Source: Vicugna vicugna (taxonomy: Eukaryota). From it: 64,000 bases of DNA. A model generated the notes under the pieces. The model saw only the letters and a program-made list of their open reading frames with translations. It ran no database searches and was not told where the DNA came from. The position numbers and the translations under genes are program-made. Shown piece after piece: positions 26,952-41,609 of this stretch. Within the stretch, counting starts at the first letter, position 1. The number at the start of each line of letters is the position of its first letter. The stretch spans positions 2,358,001 through 2,422,000 of the forward strand of contig MU058687.1 of the NCBI GenBank assembly GCA_013265495.1. Reading direction: 5' to 3'.

Positions 26952-27495
26952 TGTATCAGCGAAGATTGCTTTCTGCTGCAAGTTACAGAGAACTTGACTG
27001 CTAGTGGCTTAAGCATTGATAAATGAGATTGATTTCTTTGCCAAACAAGGAGTCCAGAGACACGCGAATGCTGGCACTACATGGGCAAACCAGCCACAAT
27101 GGCAAGGACCCGGGCTCTTCCTTTCTTCTCTGGTGTTCTTTGGTGTCCTCACATGACTGCCTCATGGTTGCAAGGTGGTTGCCACAGTTGTGGGCTTTAC
27201 CCTCCAAGTCAGGGCAGGAGAAAGGCAAAAAGCTGTAACAACCATGTCAGTCTCTTTTATCAGAAAAGCAAAACCATTCCCAGAAGCCCCCCACTGTGGA
27301 CGTACCTTTATATCCCATTGGCCAGAACCAGGTCATATGACCAACCTTGGTTACCTGAGAAGCTGAGAAAGTGGGGAACAGGATTGCTAGGACTGGCTAG
27401 GGCTCACTATCTCTCTGAACAAAATCTAGGTTCTGTGAGCATGGAAGAGAGGGAATGGAATGAGAATTAGGTAGACAACTAATCATGTCTGCCAG
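26952..27495. mobile_element. MLT1-type MaLR LTR
   Basis: cctcatggttgcaaggtggttgcc...cattggccagaaccaggtcatatgacc, MLT1J/K-like. Confidence 0.7.
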
Positions 27496-30400
27496 ACCCA
27501 ACTGTTAGAATTTTGTGATCCTCTTCTAAAAAATTCATGATACATCACTGCAGCTCTCGAGATGAAAATCCAGTCCATACCATTACCTTTTGGGGAAAGG
27601 CTGCTGTTTGTTTACTAAAATTGTGAGCAGCATATTGAAGAAAACATAAAAACATATTGGTGAAGAAGTTAAGCAGAGTACAGAGGAATTCAGACCTCTG
27701 TCCACTGTCTCTGCCCTTGAGGGGCTGACTTTTCTCAGTGCAGAGAAGATCACATCAAATAAAGACAAATGTGTAGACAATGAGGAGGTGACTGGCCTAA
27801 AAACAAATGTAGACAATAAAGGATGCTTGGCTATGGAAGGAGGGTGTCCGGGATTTTCAAGTCCATAAGGGGGTGTCTTGTGGAAGAGGGGATAGTCTCG
27901 CTGGATGGGGTGGAGGGTAGGATGTGATCTGGAGACAGAATTTAGCTCAATACTAGGAGAAAATTTCATGACAAATGGGCTCAGTGAATTTCTGGAGGCT
28001 GGAAGGACAAATGGAAGCTGGGGAAAGGACCAAATCCCGAGATTCTTCTGTTTGCTAAATCCAAAAGGCTTCATTTAACTGGGCACATCATTTCACTCAG
28101 ACACTTGATTACTGATAACGGGCTGGGTGCTGAGCTTGGGCTGCAAAGATAAGTGTTAAGTCCTTGCCTAGGAGTTGCCCACAAGATGGGCATATAGTGT
28201 ATTGTGAAGAGTCGTTTAGACCAGAGTTGCTGTAATAGAGAACGAGCAAAAGGGAACCCAAGAAGGGTGCGGCCAGCTCCGCCAGGGGTCGTCTGGAGGG
28301 GCTTCCCAGTAGAGATAATACTTGAACTGGGCCTTCAAGTGTGCATGCAGGATGTGAACTGCCTTTGGGAGTACTGCAAGCTGTTCACTTAGATGGGGGG
28401 GGCCATCTGCCCCCAGCCTGGGGGTCCCAGGTCTATGCCCCAGGATCCTTCTACCCTATAAATGATGATTGGCAAACCCTGACCATGGGACAGTGTGCGG
28501 GGGAAGGGAGAGCTCAGAAAATGGGGCAGACCTGGGCCCTGTCCTCCAAGAGCCCATTGAGTCAGAGGTGGCACGTGAAGTGTCAGGTGGATGTGGAGGC
28601 ACAGAACCACAGAGAGATGGCTTCACCTGGCTCCTGAAGCCACTTTCCAATTTACCGATCATTTTCCCACTATTATGCCATTTGTCAGGAAAGCCATGTG
28701 CAGGAGCGGAGTGGGTATTACCATTGCCTCCTCCCCTGCGTCTGATGATGAGATCAAGGCCGTGAGAGTCAACTTGGCCAAGGCCACATAACCCCTAAGG
28801 GGCAGAGATGGGCCTGCGACCTTGCTGGATGGGTCCTGTGGGCTGGAGTGTCTGGGGCTTGTGCATTGAGTAGGACTCGGAGAAACAGACAGGACATGAG
28901 GAGAGCAAACATATCTCATGCCAGATATCAATTTGTGCATAATCTAACCCAAAAGTCTATTGTCTTTTAACAGAATAACCTGTTAATTGATACATTTATT
29001 GTTTGGAGCTATTGACCATCGTACTGTAAAGATGTAGCAGAGAAAATTTAGGGAGTTTACACCTGCTGTGCCCTAGGAGGTCATACCCGGAACAGCAAAG
29101 AGCGCAATTTATTGGGCAATTACTAAATCTCTCCGAGCCTCAGTTTTTCTTGTTTGTAAAATGGGAATAGCACCTGCTTTCTATGCTGTAGATTAAATAG
29201 GCAACACATCCAGGAAGTCCTCCACAGGTTAGGCTGTTCTCATTATCAATGTGACTTACCAGCAGTGTACACAGTGCTGGGGAAGTGATGGTCATGATGA
29301 CGGTGGTGAGCATGGTGACAGCTCCCATTTTCTAAGCACCCACGTGGTGTATTGGATGTTGTGACAGACCCTGGAGTGGGATGGTGAGCAGCCCTGGTCT
29401 AAGGGCACCTAGTCGGTAGGGAAAGCCCAGTGTGTTACTGGGGCCCAGGAAGACGCACCCAGCCTGGATGGGGGTTGGAAGGATGGAGGTGCATTCATTC
29501 CTGTGTGTATCAAGACTTACCTGAACACCCACAAAGGGCCAGGCCCTGCATAAGGACAGAGTATTCCACATGGAGTTGGCGACAGAGGTGGCATCTGCCC
29601 ACCTCCTTGCCCTGCTGAAGGCGCTACAGCTGCCTCCCCAATAAGATGACCCCCACAGGGAATTGCCTTGAAATAGGAAGCAGGGATGGGATGCTGGGCG
29701 GACTGTCTCCCTGAAAAGGAAGTTTGCTACAGCCGTGTTCCGCATCAGGTGCAGAAGTGCCGGGTTGTGGGGTACAAAGGATGCTGCTGCTGAAATGCTG
29801 AGCAGTGACCGTCCCCCCAGGGCAGCCTGGCTTGGTGTGCTTACAGCATCCTCCTTGCCCTCTGTGCGCCCCCATGGGCTAGGAGGATGGAAGGATGGTC
29901 AGACTTCAGGAGGAAGTACCAGGGAAAGACAGAGCCTAAAGACCAACTGGCTGGGTCTCTGTGCATATGATGCTGCTGACCTTTGGGGAAGGGAGGAGGA
30001 TTGAATGTTGCTGGTCACCTCCGAGGCTGAGGCCACAGAGCTTGCTCCCTCTGGGGACTCTGGTTCTGACTTCTGTGTTCTAGTCCACTTCATGGTGAGG
30101 AAAGGAGAGCCGCTCTGCTTCCCGTGTTAGTTTTCACTCAGAGCTAAGTCGATGGGTCCCACCCAGTTTTTCAGGTCAGGCCACATAGGTTGGTGGCCAC
30201 ACATAGGCTTGTGTACCCTGGGCTGAGGAGCCCACTGGAGGCCCTCTCCGCCCTGCCTGTGAGGCAAATGGTACCAACGTGTCTGTCCAGACAGCAGGAG
30301 CTGGGGCGGGGCAGGTTTCTTGAGGGCTGTATAAGACCCAGTGACAAAAACAGGTCTCCCTAGGATATGGCCTCAATCCTGGAAATGGGTGTCAGTGTGG

Positions 30401-30917
30401 AGTGGCCACAACCACTTTGGCACCTGCTGCTGAGATATTTCTAGGCGTGGATTTCCCAGGTGTGGCCAGAACCCCCTGTGCTCCATCCCACGAGGGCTTT
30501 GGTAGAAGACAGACTCTATCTAGTACTGAATCCTAGAATCTCTGAGGGTGGGATCCAGAAATTGCCATTTGTAACAAATGCCTACCTAGATGCTTCTTAT
30601 GTGAAAAGTTTGAAAATCTTTGCTTTAGCTCTGTGGAGGTGCTGCCTATGGCTAACGCAGTCCTGCCTGCATTCACAGCAGGTCTGCAATGATGTGTCTT
30701 CTTTCCCCAACACTTGGAAGTATGCTTTTGTTGTGCTTTGCCTTTGGAGACTGAAAGACTTAACAGCTGAAGGTTGCCAGGGATGGATTTCTGGAGGATG
30801 CTGAATCCAGAGAGTCAGGATCAGGCCTCAGGGCAACCAGGATGAGCCATTACACTGAAGACAATTATTTTAGGATTGTCCAACCACCTGGCCTGAGGCT
30901 GGCCCTCGGGCAGCTAA

Positions 30918-31235
<318 letters not shown>

Positions 31236-31560
31236 TGATAGGTTATGGGGCACTGAGGGGGTCACAGAGAGAAGCACCAGCGTCTGGCATTGGTGTCGGG
31301 TACTTCAGGCTTCATTCAGAAGGCCTTTCCTACGGGGTTTATAGAACATGGCTCCCAATGAAGCATGGTCCTAAGAAGGCACGGGCCCAGCATCCAGAGC
31401 ATGCCCCCTCACCTCCCACCCAAAGCAGATGCCACTTTAAAGAATTCACTGGGCAACTTACCTTGGAGGATATTTCCCAACAGCCAGCAACTTTACGGCA
31501 TCAGAAAGGAAGGGGAGATTCTAGCCATGTCTGACCTTCCTGGGGCTCCTTGGAGCCTGA

Positions 31561-31836
<276 letters not shown>

Positions 31837-33124
31837 TAGTCAGAGACTGGAAGCCACTTTCCCCACGTCTCTGGTCCTGATGCATGGGAGCCTGGGACCC
31901 AGGAGCCCAGTGGAACCTTGGCAATCCTGTTTTAATCTGGGCTCTGTTCTCTGTGGGATTGGAAGTGAGCAGGTGTTTGGAACGTCCAGTAATATTCCTG
32001 AGCTGCTGGGGGCTCTTCAGAACTGGTTCTCATTCTAGTGGGGCTACGATTGTTTCTACACTATGTAATAATCAAAGCAAGTTCTTTGGATTCTTAAAGG
32101 CCAAAGAGTAGGGTTTTCACATAGACCTTATTGGAAATTTGCTGGAAAACAACACAGAAGAGGGACTGACTCTCTTGCTTTTTATTAGAGGACGGTAACG
32201 TGGAGTGGTTAAGAATATGGGCTGGGTAATGAGACTGGGATTCAAGTTCTGGGTCTGCAACTTGCTCTCTGTGCAACCCTGGGTGGGTCACCTAACCTCT
32301 CTGGGCTTTGATGTGGGGATAAAATGCAAGCATGTGTGTGATGCTTCTGGCACCTGCTGACATCAGTTGCATGCTTGCTACTGCCACTTGCCTGGTCTTA
32401 AGGGAAGCTTGTCTTTTAGTTTGGATTCTGTGATTTTAAGATCATTTCTGGCATAAAAAGTACATGTAATGAACATGTTTCGAGTGATATGGACTCCCCT
32501 TCATTGCATGTGGCTCCAAGCCCCTCTTGGAGCTTTTTTCATTCTGGATATAGGGAGGGGGCTGATGTTTAATTTGGTTTTTAGATGCCGATACCCACAT
32601 ATTCTGCATTACACCCTGGTTGGGGAGCTTTCTAAGGTCTGTGCAGTTAATTCCTTGACAGTTCTAACAGCTTGGCTCAGAGCATGTTGGAGACATCCTG
32701 CTCTCCTCTGGCAATGACCCGCTGTGGACTCGGATTCTTCTAGCTATGCGTCAGGCGACAGTTTATCTTCCTGTCCGTAGATCCTTTTTGTGTTGGCCGC
32801 CGGCTGTGAAGGATGAATACAGCATGCCTGGTTATGTAGCAAAGGTGTCCTAGACTTGAGATGCCAAAGTTCACAGTTGACTGAGGCAAGTCAGAAAGTC
32901 CTTATATAAGATGTTCTGTGCACAGCTAACATACAGGAAGGAGCCTTCCTGCGGACGATGGCTCAGAGTGGGTGTTAGTGTCACTCAGCTGGCGGAAGCC
33001 TAGGATTTCTTCCACAGGGACTCCCTGACTCGGGGTGCGCTCCCTGGGGATCTGGGCTGGAGCGCCCTTACTAAGGAGCTCAGCCTCTTGGGATTACACA
33101 CTCAGTAGTTTTTCAATCTGCCCT

Positions 33125-33139
33125 GTGCTGATTCAGCAC
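33125..33139. promoter_or_regulatory. Palindromic MARE/NRL response element GTGCTGATTCAGCAC
   Basis: Perfect 7-bp arms around a central T; CRX/OTX site GGATTA at 33091-33096. Motif evidence only. Confidence 0.5.
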
Positions 33140-36014
33140 CAGTGTAGGGTCAGGCCACTGCTTAAGACACCTCAGCCTGGATTGCTCTACTAACCCAGGG
33201 CCAAATAGGGCACAGCTCTGCCTGCACACACCCCTTCCCACCACACACTCCTCTTCCGGGTTCAGCAGATACTGGATCATAGCAATGGCTCAGGAGTGGC
33301 TCCTGGTGGGGCTCCTGGGTCACTGCCTCCTTCTACCCACCCCCTACCCCACCCATGATATCTCCCAAGGGGTGGAGTCCAACCAGGAGGCACTGCCTCC
33401 CCTGCATCCATTTTCCTTCCCACCTAACGGCTCCACCTCCTGTCTGTGCCCAACCAAGAGGGCAGTGGGCAGAGCAGAATGGTTGCTGAGGGTACAGACT
33501 TGGGATTCAGGCAGACTTGTGCTCTCATCCCAGCACTATCTTTACTGGCTTTGTGCAAGATACTGCATTTTTCAGGGCCCCCACCTGAAATGAGACTCGT
33601 AATAGAGCCTCCGTCACTGGGTTACTGGGAGGATATGGTGCACTCAGCCCAGCCTCCACACAGTGGGCGCTGGATAAATGGCAGAGACCGTGACTGCGGC
33701 CGTGGTCATTGCTAATAGTATTAAAAGCCTCCTTTAATATCATCATTTCTCCTTGTCCAAAGCTGAATTCTTTTTGATTAAAAAATAAAATAAACATAGG
33801 GGCTCATTTGTCTGTCTCATGCTAATTTGCCTATTTTGCATAAATTTGCATGCTGAATTATTTGGGCCTGACCTTCTAGTGTTTAAGGTAAAATTAATTA
33901 ACAAGGTCTCCTGCCACTGCATGTAAACCTCATATTAAGGGTGATGACATAATCAAGTGCCTGATACAGTTAAACTAATCGACTTAATCCCATCTCAGAT
34001 TAGATGGAAAACTCATCTGAAGACCTGCTCACTAGCTCTTAGAAAGAGAAAGAATGAGCAAGAGGGCAGATTGAGTAGAGAAGATGAGAGCCAGGGTCCC
34101 ACCCTGGGACTTGTGTCAGCTCCTGTCCATCTTGGTTTCTGGACAGACAGAAGGACTGGCTTCTTAAGACGGCTCAGGTTAGAGCTCTGGAGTGGAGCCC
34201 AAGCCACTGCCCTGAATTAGGCAGAGGAAACTGCATCTCATGCCTCAGTATCATCCAGCCTCTAGTCCAGAGCCTGGCACACAGAGAGTGTGTCATACTT
34301 GCTTTTGCATACGCTTATTGAGAATTAATTGTATGTAAGGAGGAGTTGTGGCTGATCCAAAGGATTTGATGAATTTTTACCCTAATGGTCTCATTTGGGA
34401 ATAAGATAAATAATTTTTTAAAAAAGTTTTTCGTGGAAAATCTCAAACAAAAGTAAGCCAAATAGTGTAGTGAACCTCCATTACCCAGCTCAACAGTTAT
34501 ACCCACCACAGCCAGTCTTCTTTCCTCTCTACCCACCCGTCTCCCGCCTCCTGTTTCTCACACGTGAAAAGGCAGATGCTTAGAATGCAGCAGGAAGAAG
34601 CACAGGATGGAGCGCAGAGGCGGGAGGGACGCCATGGTCTTCGGGGGAGAGAGTAGAGCATATGTTAGGCTTCAGGATAGATGGGCAGGGACCTTGGAGG
34701 AAAAGTCCAGAAGGGCACTATGTGCTGTACAATGAGCCACCAGCTTAGCTGGACGGAAGGATCATTTGATCATGAACTCGATCACAGCTCTCCCATCCCT
34801 TTCCTCCATATTTTTGAACACAGGACACTTTTGCAAGGGCTGATTGTGATTCCCTCAGAATAGCAGCCATTCTTTGTTGGAGTCAGTCTGAAGTTGGCCA
34901 CCCCAACACAGGCTTGAGTTTCCCAAGTATTGGGTTGCCCAGGGATAAGCCTAAGTCTTTATAGAGTGTCCACCTCTCGTTCCCCGTGAGCGGGAGATTA
35001 GAACAAGAGGCAACAACCTTTCACAAGCAGTGAGCATCACTTGATGAATTGCAGCCTCCAGATGTTATTAGCCGTTATCCTCCCCCACCCCCGGCAGCCC
35101 CGAGGGTACCCCAGCCAGGACCGCCTCCTCCTGCCCGCCCTTGGTGCGTCACCTCCGGCCTGCACGGCCCAGGCTGACTTGTGCACGGCCTCTGCAGGGG
35201 ACCCCCCCAGAGGCCTCCTCACCAGGGGGTCCCTCAGCTGCCCTGCTTCCAGGTAGCCAGCGTCTGGCTCACGCTGGGGAGAGAACGCCAGTGGCCAATG
35301 AAATATGGGCTGCCGAGTGACAGCAGCTGTGTCTGGAGTGGCCTCAGATCCTATAATTACATCTCCCTTTATTACCTCTGCTAATGGCCCTCCAGGTCGA
35401 CAGAAACGATAATAAATTAACAGATTATGAACTCCACTTGCCACAAATTATGTGCCCTTTTTTTTTTTTTAATTCTAGGAGCTCATGCCATCAAATCGCT
35501 GGGGGATGGGGGCTTAGGAAGAGCCTGACTGTTATTAGATCAGTGGGTACAGATAAAGTAACTTTCCAGGGGCAGCAGAGCTCAAGGTGGGAGAGGTAGG
35601 AAGAGAGGGCCGTGAGCATCCAGCTGGGGCACTCCCAGGGTCACGGGCCACGTGCAGCCTCTCCCAGCAGCCCCTCTGCCCCAGAATTGCTGATCACTTG
35701 ATGGAGGCAGAGACCCAGCCCAGCACAGAAATGCAGAAGTGAAGCATGCACTGCTGAAGGCTAGGGAGGAGTGCTTCAGCCCCTTTGTTTGGGTTTAATG
35801 AAAGAAAGAATTTGTGCTTCTAGTAAAGATGTGGCTGAGGGGTGGAAGTTGTGCATTCCAAATCCTCTCTCTTTCTTAAGCATCATTCTGGGAAAGTCCT
35901 GTATGGGTATAGCCAGTATGTGTGTGTGTGTGTGTGTTTTGTCCCTACCCACCATGGCTCATACTATAACAGTGCTTTACGCACTGCTTTTTTCCTTTGG
36001 TTGTATAAAATAGT

Positions 36015-36225
36015 AGGATTTACTAGTAAGCTAAGCCGTGTTCTGAGTGTTCCACACGTTAGCTCATTTAATCCAAAAAACTCCATGAGATAAGTACTAT
36101 TATTATCCTCATTTTACAGATGAGGAAACTGAGGCACAGAAACCGTGCCCAGGGTCACAGCCAGTGGCCAGCAGAGGTAGGAATCCAGCAGACAGGCTGG
36201 CTCTGGCATCTGTGCCCTTAACAGC
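36015..36225 (-). mobile_element. MIR SINE
   Basis: cctcattttacagatgaggaaactgaggcacaga core. Confidence 0.85.
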
Positions 36226-36739
36226 TTCGTCCTCCTTGGGCTCTTGGGTATCTTTCCACGTCCACACAAATAGTTCTTCCTCATTCTTTCTAGTGGCTTC
36301 TGATACGCCATTCATCTGCTAAGAAGTACATTTATATAATAAGTGCATGTATCACATTGGTTACACTTAGGTTGTCTCCTGTTTTGGGTCATTACAAGTG
36401 GATCTAACAAACGCCCTTTTCACATTTATCTTTGTGTGGTTGCTAGGAGAAATTCTTAGAAAGGAGTCAGGGGCCAAGTCTCCTCAGATCAGCCTAGCAG
36501 AGGGGTGTGCACACAGGTCTCAGCTGCATCCTCAATGGTGGCCCCACATCTCCAAGGCGAGCCTCCCTCCGCCCGCCACCCGCCCTGCAGGCCTGTCTCT
36601 GACTCAGACACAATAAGCAAAGGCAGCTAAATCTGGACTCCGGTCTAAATGACTAAGAGGGTCTAACCGAGTTCTTTTGGCACATTGTCTCATCACCGAG
36701 GAGTTGGCCCAGTGGCATCTGTCCATTTTGTCCTCTGTG

Positions 36740-37083
36740 CCCAGAATGTTCATGGGGCACCTTCTTTGCACCAGGCCCAGTGCTTGGTCAGGGCCCCACC
36801 TCACCCTTCAGAGCTCAGCCCCAAAGTCTCCTTTTCTGCAAAGTCCCCCGAACTGACTTTCTCTTCCGCCATTGTGAATTCTCAGAGCCCTCCATCTCCC
36901 CGTAGCTCTTCTGACAGCTGTAACCTCGTGGGGCCGTGTGGTCACCTGGGGTGTGTCTTTCCCTCCTGACTGAGCTCTCGAAGGCAGCGACCGGTTCTGG
37001 TTTGAGCCAGTCATTCTGTCCCCAATGCCCAGCACAGGGCCTGGCACTTAGTAGATCCTCAGTAAGTATCTGGAATGAATGAA
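36740..37083 (+). mobile_element. L2 3' end
   Basis: cccagcacagggcctggcacttagtagatcctcagtaagtatctggaatgaatgaa tail. Confidence 0.7.
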
Positions 37084-39284
37084 GGGGCCCGGAGCGTGCT
37101 GTTCACACTCTTCTAGTAATTAGCTTCCCACGAGGCTTTTCTCCTTCGTTTCCAGAAACCTCACTCCTACACCCCTCCCCCCTGCCACCTTCCAATTCAA
37201 TTGTCTATTAATTTTGCCCCGTTCACCTCCTACACCTTCCCTCCCAGTCTGTCTGCCTTCAGACCCCCGCCCCCAGTGCAGCCCCACACGTCCCTCCGCA
37301 CACACACCCTCCTGTGCTGGCTGATTGGTATCTGTTAATTAATGTCGCCCAAGGCCTCTCCCGCTCAGAGGCCCGATAAGGGAAATTGGATGTCCATTTC
37401 TATCTATCTTTCATTACCTCCCGGCTCTCCCCACTGCCACAGGCAGCCACACACCCTCTCCCACACTGATCTGGACAACAACACATGTGCACCTGACCCC
37501 TCTGTGCCTTGGCCTCTTCCCCGAGAAGGTGCATCAATCCAGGCTTGCCCCATGTCGTCAGTATCATTGCGCCAGCTCTGTGGGCGATCAGATGCGGGGA
37601 TGCCAGCAGCCAGGCGGTGATCCCAGGTGCGGGTTGTACAGATTGGCCTGCTAATCGAGGTGGTCAGATCAAAAATGTGTTTGCTGGGAAAGAGGACCTG
37701 CCGCACAAAGGGTGCATCCCCTGGACACGCCATAAAGTTGAACACTGGTTGCATTGGTTGGAAATGGGGAGGGACAGTGGCTTTTAGACAGAGGACAGCA
37801 GATGAGGGTGGGATAGACCTCACGGAAACCCAGAGCCTTGGGCCAGACCAGAGGCTTGGGACCACCCCAGGCCTTCAGTTGGTGGCGGAGAAGAAAGTCA
37901 TGTCAATAGCATGCTAACAACAACAATGGCAGTAATAGTAATGACTCCAGCCATCACCACCTTCCTAGTTCAGGTTTGCTGAGCGTGTGTAGAGGGAGAT
38001 GCTAAGTGCTTCCCACGCGCCATCTTACCACACCCGCATCAGAACACCACATCCAAGCCGGGTTAGGTTCTAGGTCAGCAAGTGAAGTAAATAGTCCTAC
38101 ATCAGTGAAATTACCCCGGAGATTCCTTAATTTCAGCTGTCTGTGATGGGCGCATGGTGCAAACGGCTTGGTGGATAACTTTCCTTTTCGGTTCATCTGG
38201 CCTGGTCAGTGTTGAAACCATCATGGAGTTTCTGGTTGAACATACTGCCTTGTGTTTAGTGACCAAGATATTTGAAAATCAACTTTCTTCCTCCCTCCTT
38301 GCCTTCCTCCCTCCCTGCTTCCCTACCTGCTCCCTTCCTTTCTTTTTTTCCCTTTTCTCTTAAATCAATATTTTAATGAGTTTACCTGAGTGCCTACATA
38401 ATACAGTTCCAGTATATTATTCTCATTTTGCAGAAGACTGTCATCTCATCATTAATAATAATAAGAGCTCAGTAAATGTCCTGCATGTTTTATAGTCACT
38501 GTCTCATTTATATGTCACTGCTCTCTCTGAAGCAGTCACTACTATTATACCCATTTCATAGATGAGGAAGCTGAGGTTTGGGGAAGGAGTACAGCTCTTA
38601 ACAAGGTCAGCCTATAAGTAGTAAATGAGGAGCCGGGATTCCATACCAGGCAATCTCCAGTGAACAAGACAGTGTCATAATTCTGGAGCCGTCCCCACCG
38701 CCAACCTCCTTTCACTCTGGACACAGCCTCCTTGCTAGTAGGGAAGGGGAACGCCCATGATCCAAGCTTGCAGAATATAGGACTGCTTGGGTCATCATTA
38801 GGTGGAGAGTGATGGCCGGGCCAGCAGGGTCTGACCCTTGGGAGGACAGGTGGCCTCTGACCTGGGGGCCCTTGAGCTCTTAGCAGTCCTGGACTGTGGT
38901 CACTGGAGGTCACTGGCCGGGAGCATCTGACTCCTTCCTGGTTGAGCGCCCGGGTCTCGGCACAGCTGAGACTCTGCACTGAGGATCAGATGTCACTTTA
39001 AAACACCAAAAGCCGCCCCTGGTTCGAGCAGAGAGGGAGACCTGGAAACTCCTCAGAGTGGACAGGACCCTGTACTGCCACCTCCTGATTCTGCTATGAA
39101 TTCAGTAACTCCTAAAACTACACATGCGTTTAATGAATCAAAGAGCTTCTCCAGACATTTGAAAAATACAATGGGACTAACGGTAGTACTGATAGTAGCA
39201 ACAGTCAGCATTGACCGAGTTCTGTTACGTAAGTCTCTTCTACGAATTCCGTGTCTGACTCACTCACCACGGGAAGTACAATGA

Positions 39285-39722
<438 letters not shown>

Positions 39723-39884
39723 TGAGCAGGGCTGCTGTAGAGGCAGGGATGGTGTGAAGACACTGAGGTTCTTTTTGTCATTGAAGATTGTGCAAGGGAT
39801 GGGGGGGTGCAGAATCGAAAAGATGGTGGTGAAGCCTGGCACTGGCTGAGTATTCCTCAAGCCTTACTGACCAGATGAACACAA

Positions 39885-40850
39885 GGGTTAACAGCACAGA
39901 TTCGAGAGCCAGGTTGCTGAGAGTCAAATCCTGCTTCTACCACTTGGACAAATCTGTGCCTCACTTCACTCTGCCTCAGTCTCTCCATCAGTAAAATGGG
40001 GACCATAAACCATCTCTACCCAACAAAACTATGAAGGGATTCATCTATATATCACTATGCTTACAATATGCCTGGCACATGATAAGTACTCAACCAAGTT
40101 AAATCAATTAGCCACGAACTGATTTCATCTTACAGTCAACCCTATGAGCAAAGTTATTATTTTAACCCCACTTTACAGATGTGGAAACCGAGGCTTACAA
40201 ATTTCCCAGGGTCACACAGTTAAAGAAGGTCAGCCCTAGGACTCGAACCAAGGTCCTCTAATTCCAGAATCAACTGCAAGCCTATACCCACTCCTTGAAT
40301 CTCCCACTCAAATTGCTCAGGCCCAAGAGAGAAACCTTTCCTGGCATTAAAAAGGGGGCCTCACTCCATTTCTTTAGCCCCAACCAACTTCTGGCTAGAC
40401 TATTTGGAGAGAGGGGCTGGTGTTGGTAACGCAGGTGAATGAGCCTGAATGTAACCTGTATCCACATTTAGAGGGTGTCCACCCTCTGCAGGTATAGGCC
40501 AGGAGCTGGGGCAGGGGTCAAGCTTGCAGAAGAAGGAGAAAGGCAGGGTCCCTGTGCAAGGGAGGGTGTCAAGCATGCATACACATAATTCCACTGCCAG
40601 GCGGCATGCAGTCATTAATTGTTCAAGTCTGAGTCAAGTTCAGCTTGGACCCAAGTTAAAATTCTAGCTCTGGCACTTAGTAGCAGTGTGACCTTGGGCC
40701 AGTTGGCAATCTTCCTTAGCTCTGTCCTGTGTGTAAAGTGGGGATATCCCTGTTCCTCTTCCAAGCACTTTTGTTTGAAATGATCAACTGAATATAAAGC
40801 ACTTAGCCTGGTGCCTGGCCTAGAGGAAGTGTTCAATAAATGTGATCAAT
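39885..40850. mobile_element. Cluster of three MIRs (+ ~39885-40095, - ~40120-40270, + ~40620-40850)
   Basis: Cores gcctcagtctctccatcagtaaaatggg, tttacagatgtggaaaccgagg, tgtgaccttgggc. Confidence 0.7.
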
Positions 40851-41609
40851 ATTATGAATATTAGAGGAAACAAGTGTTACCAGCATATGGAAGAGGAAGA
40901 GCTGGTTCCTGGTGGAGACAGGACAAACAGGGTAACCAGCCGGTTTGCTTGCTGCTGTCACACTTTTACTGGAGGTTCCATGTGCCAGGAAACCTCAGGC
41001 CCTGGAAAACTGGGACAGTTGGTCCCCTAACAAATGGCCTTGTAGAGAATGCAGGGGATGCTGCTGATGCCCTGCGGATGCTGATGCCCAAGTCAGACCC
41101 CCTTTACTGGGTTAGTGCTCCTGTGCCCCAGCTGCGGAATCTTGCTGCTAATAGCTCACAGCTGCCCCCCGCCCCCTTCACAAGAGACCTACCTTCACCT
41201 GCCTTGCCTGGAGGATTAGTACCCGCCCCACCTTGGCACCTCCAGCCGATGGGGGACCCACACAGGGGAACAAAGGGTTGGACCCCTGGCATGGGATCCA
41301 GCCCAAGCCGAGGCTACCTCCTTACTTTGGTTGCTCCCACCCTTGCCCTACCCTGCCTCTCCACCTTCCTGTCTCCTGAATCTCCACAAGTCCCATGCAC
41401 CCAAAGCCCTGTCTAGGGGTCTGTCTCCAGAGAACCTGACCTAATACACAGAGGGAAGCTGTTTTTTTTTTTAGTTCAAATCTCTTTTATTAAAAAACTA
41501 ATGCAAAATAAGAATTAAAATTTTTACATGCTTCTATAGAGACCATTCACACATACCGTAGGATTCTAAAATTGTACTGTGTTCTTTGTTGGAGAATGCT
41601 AACACTGTT

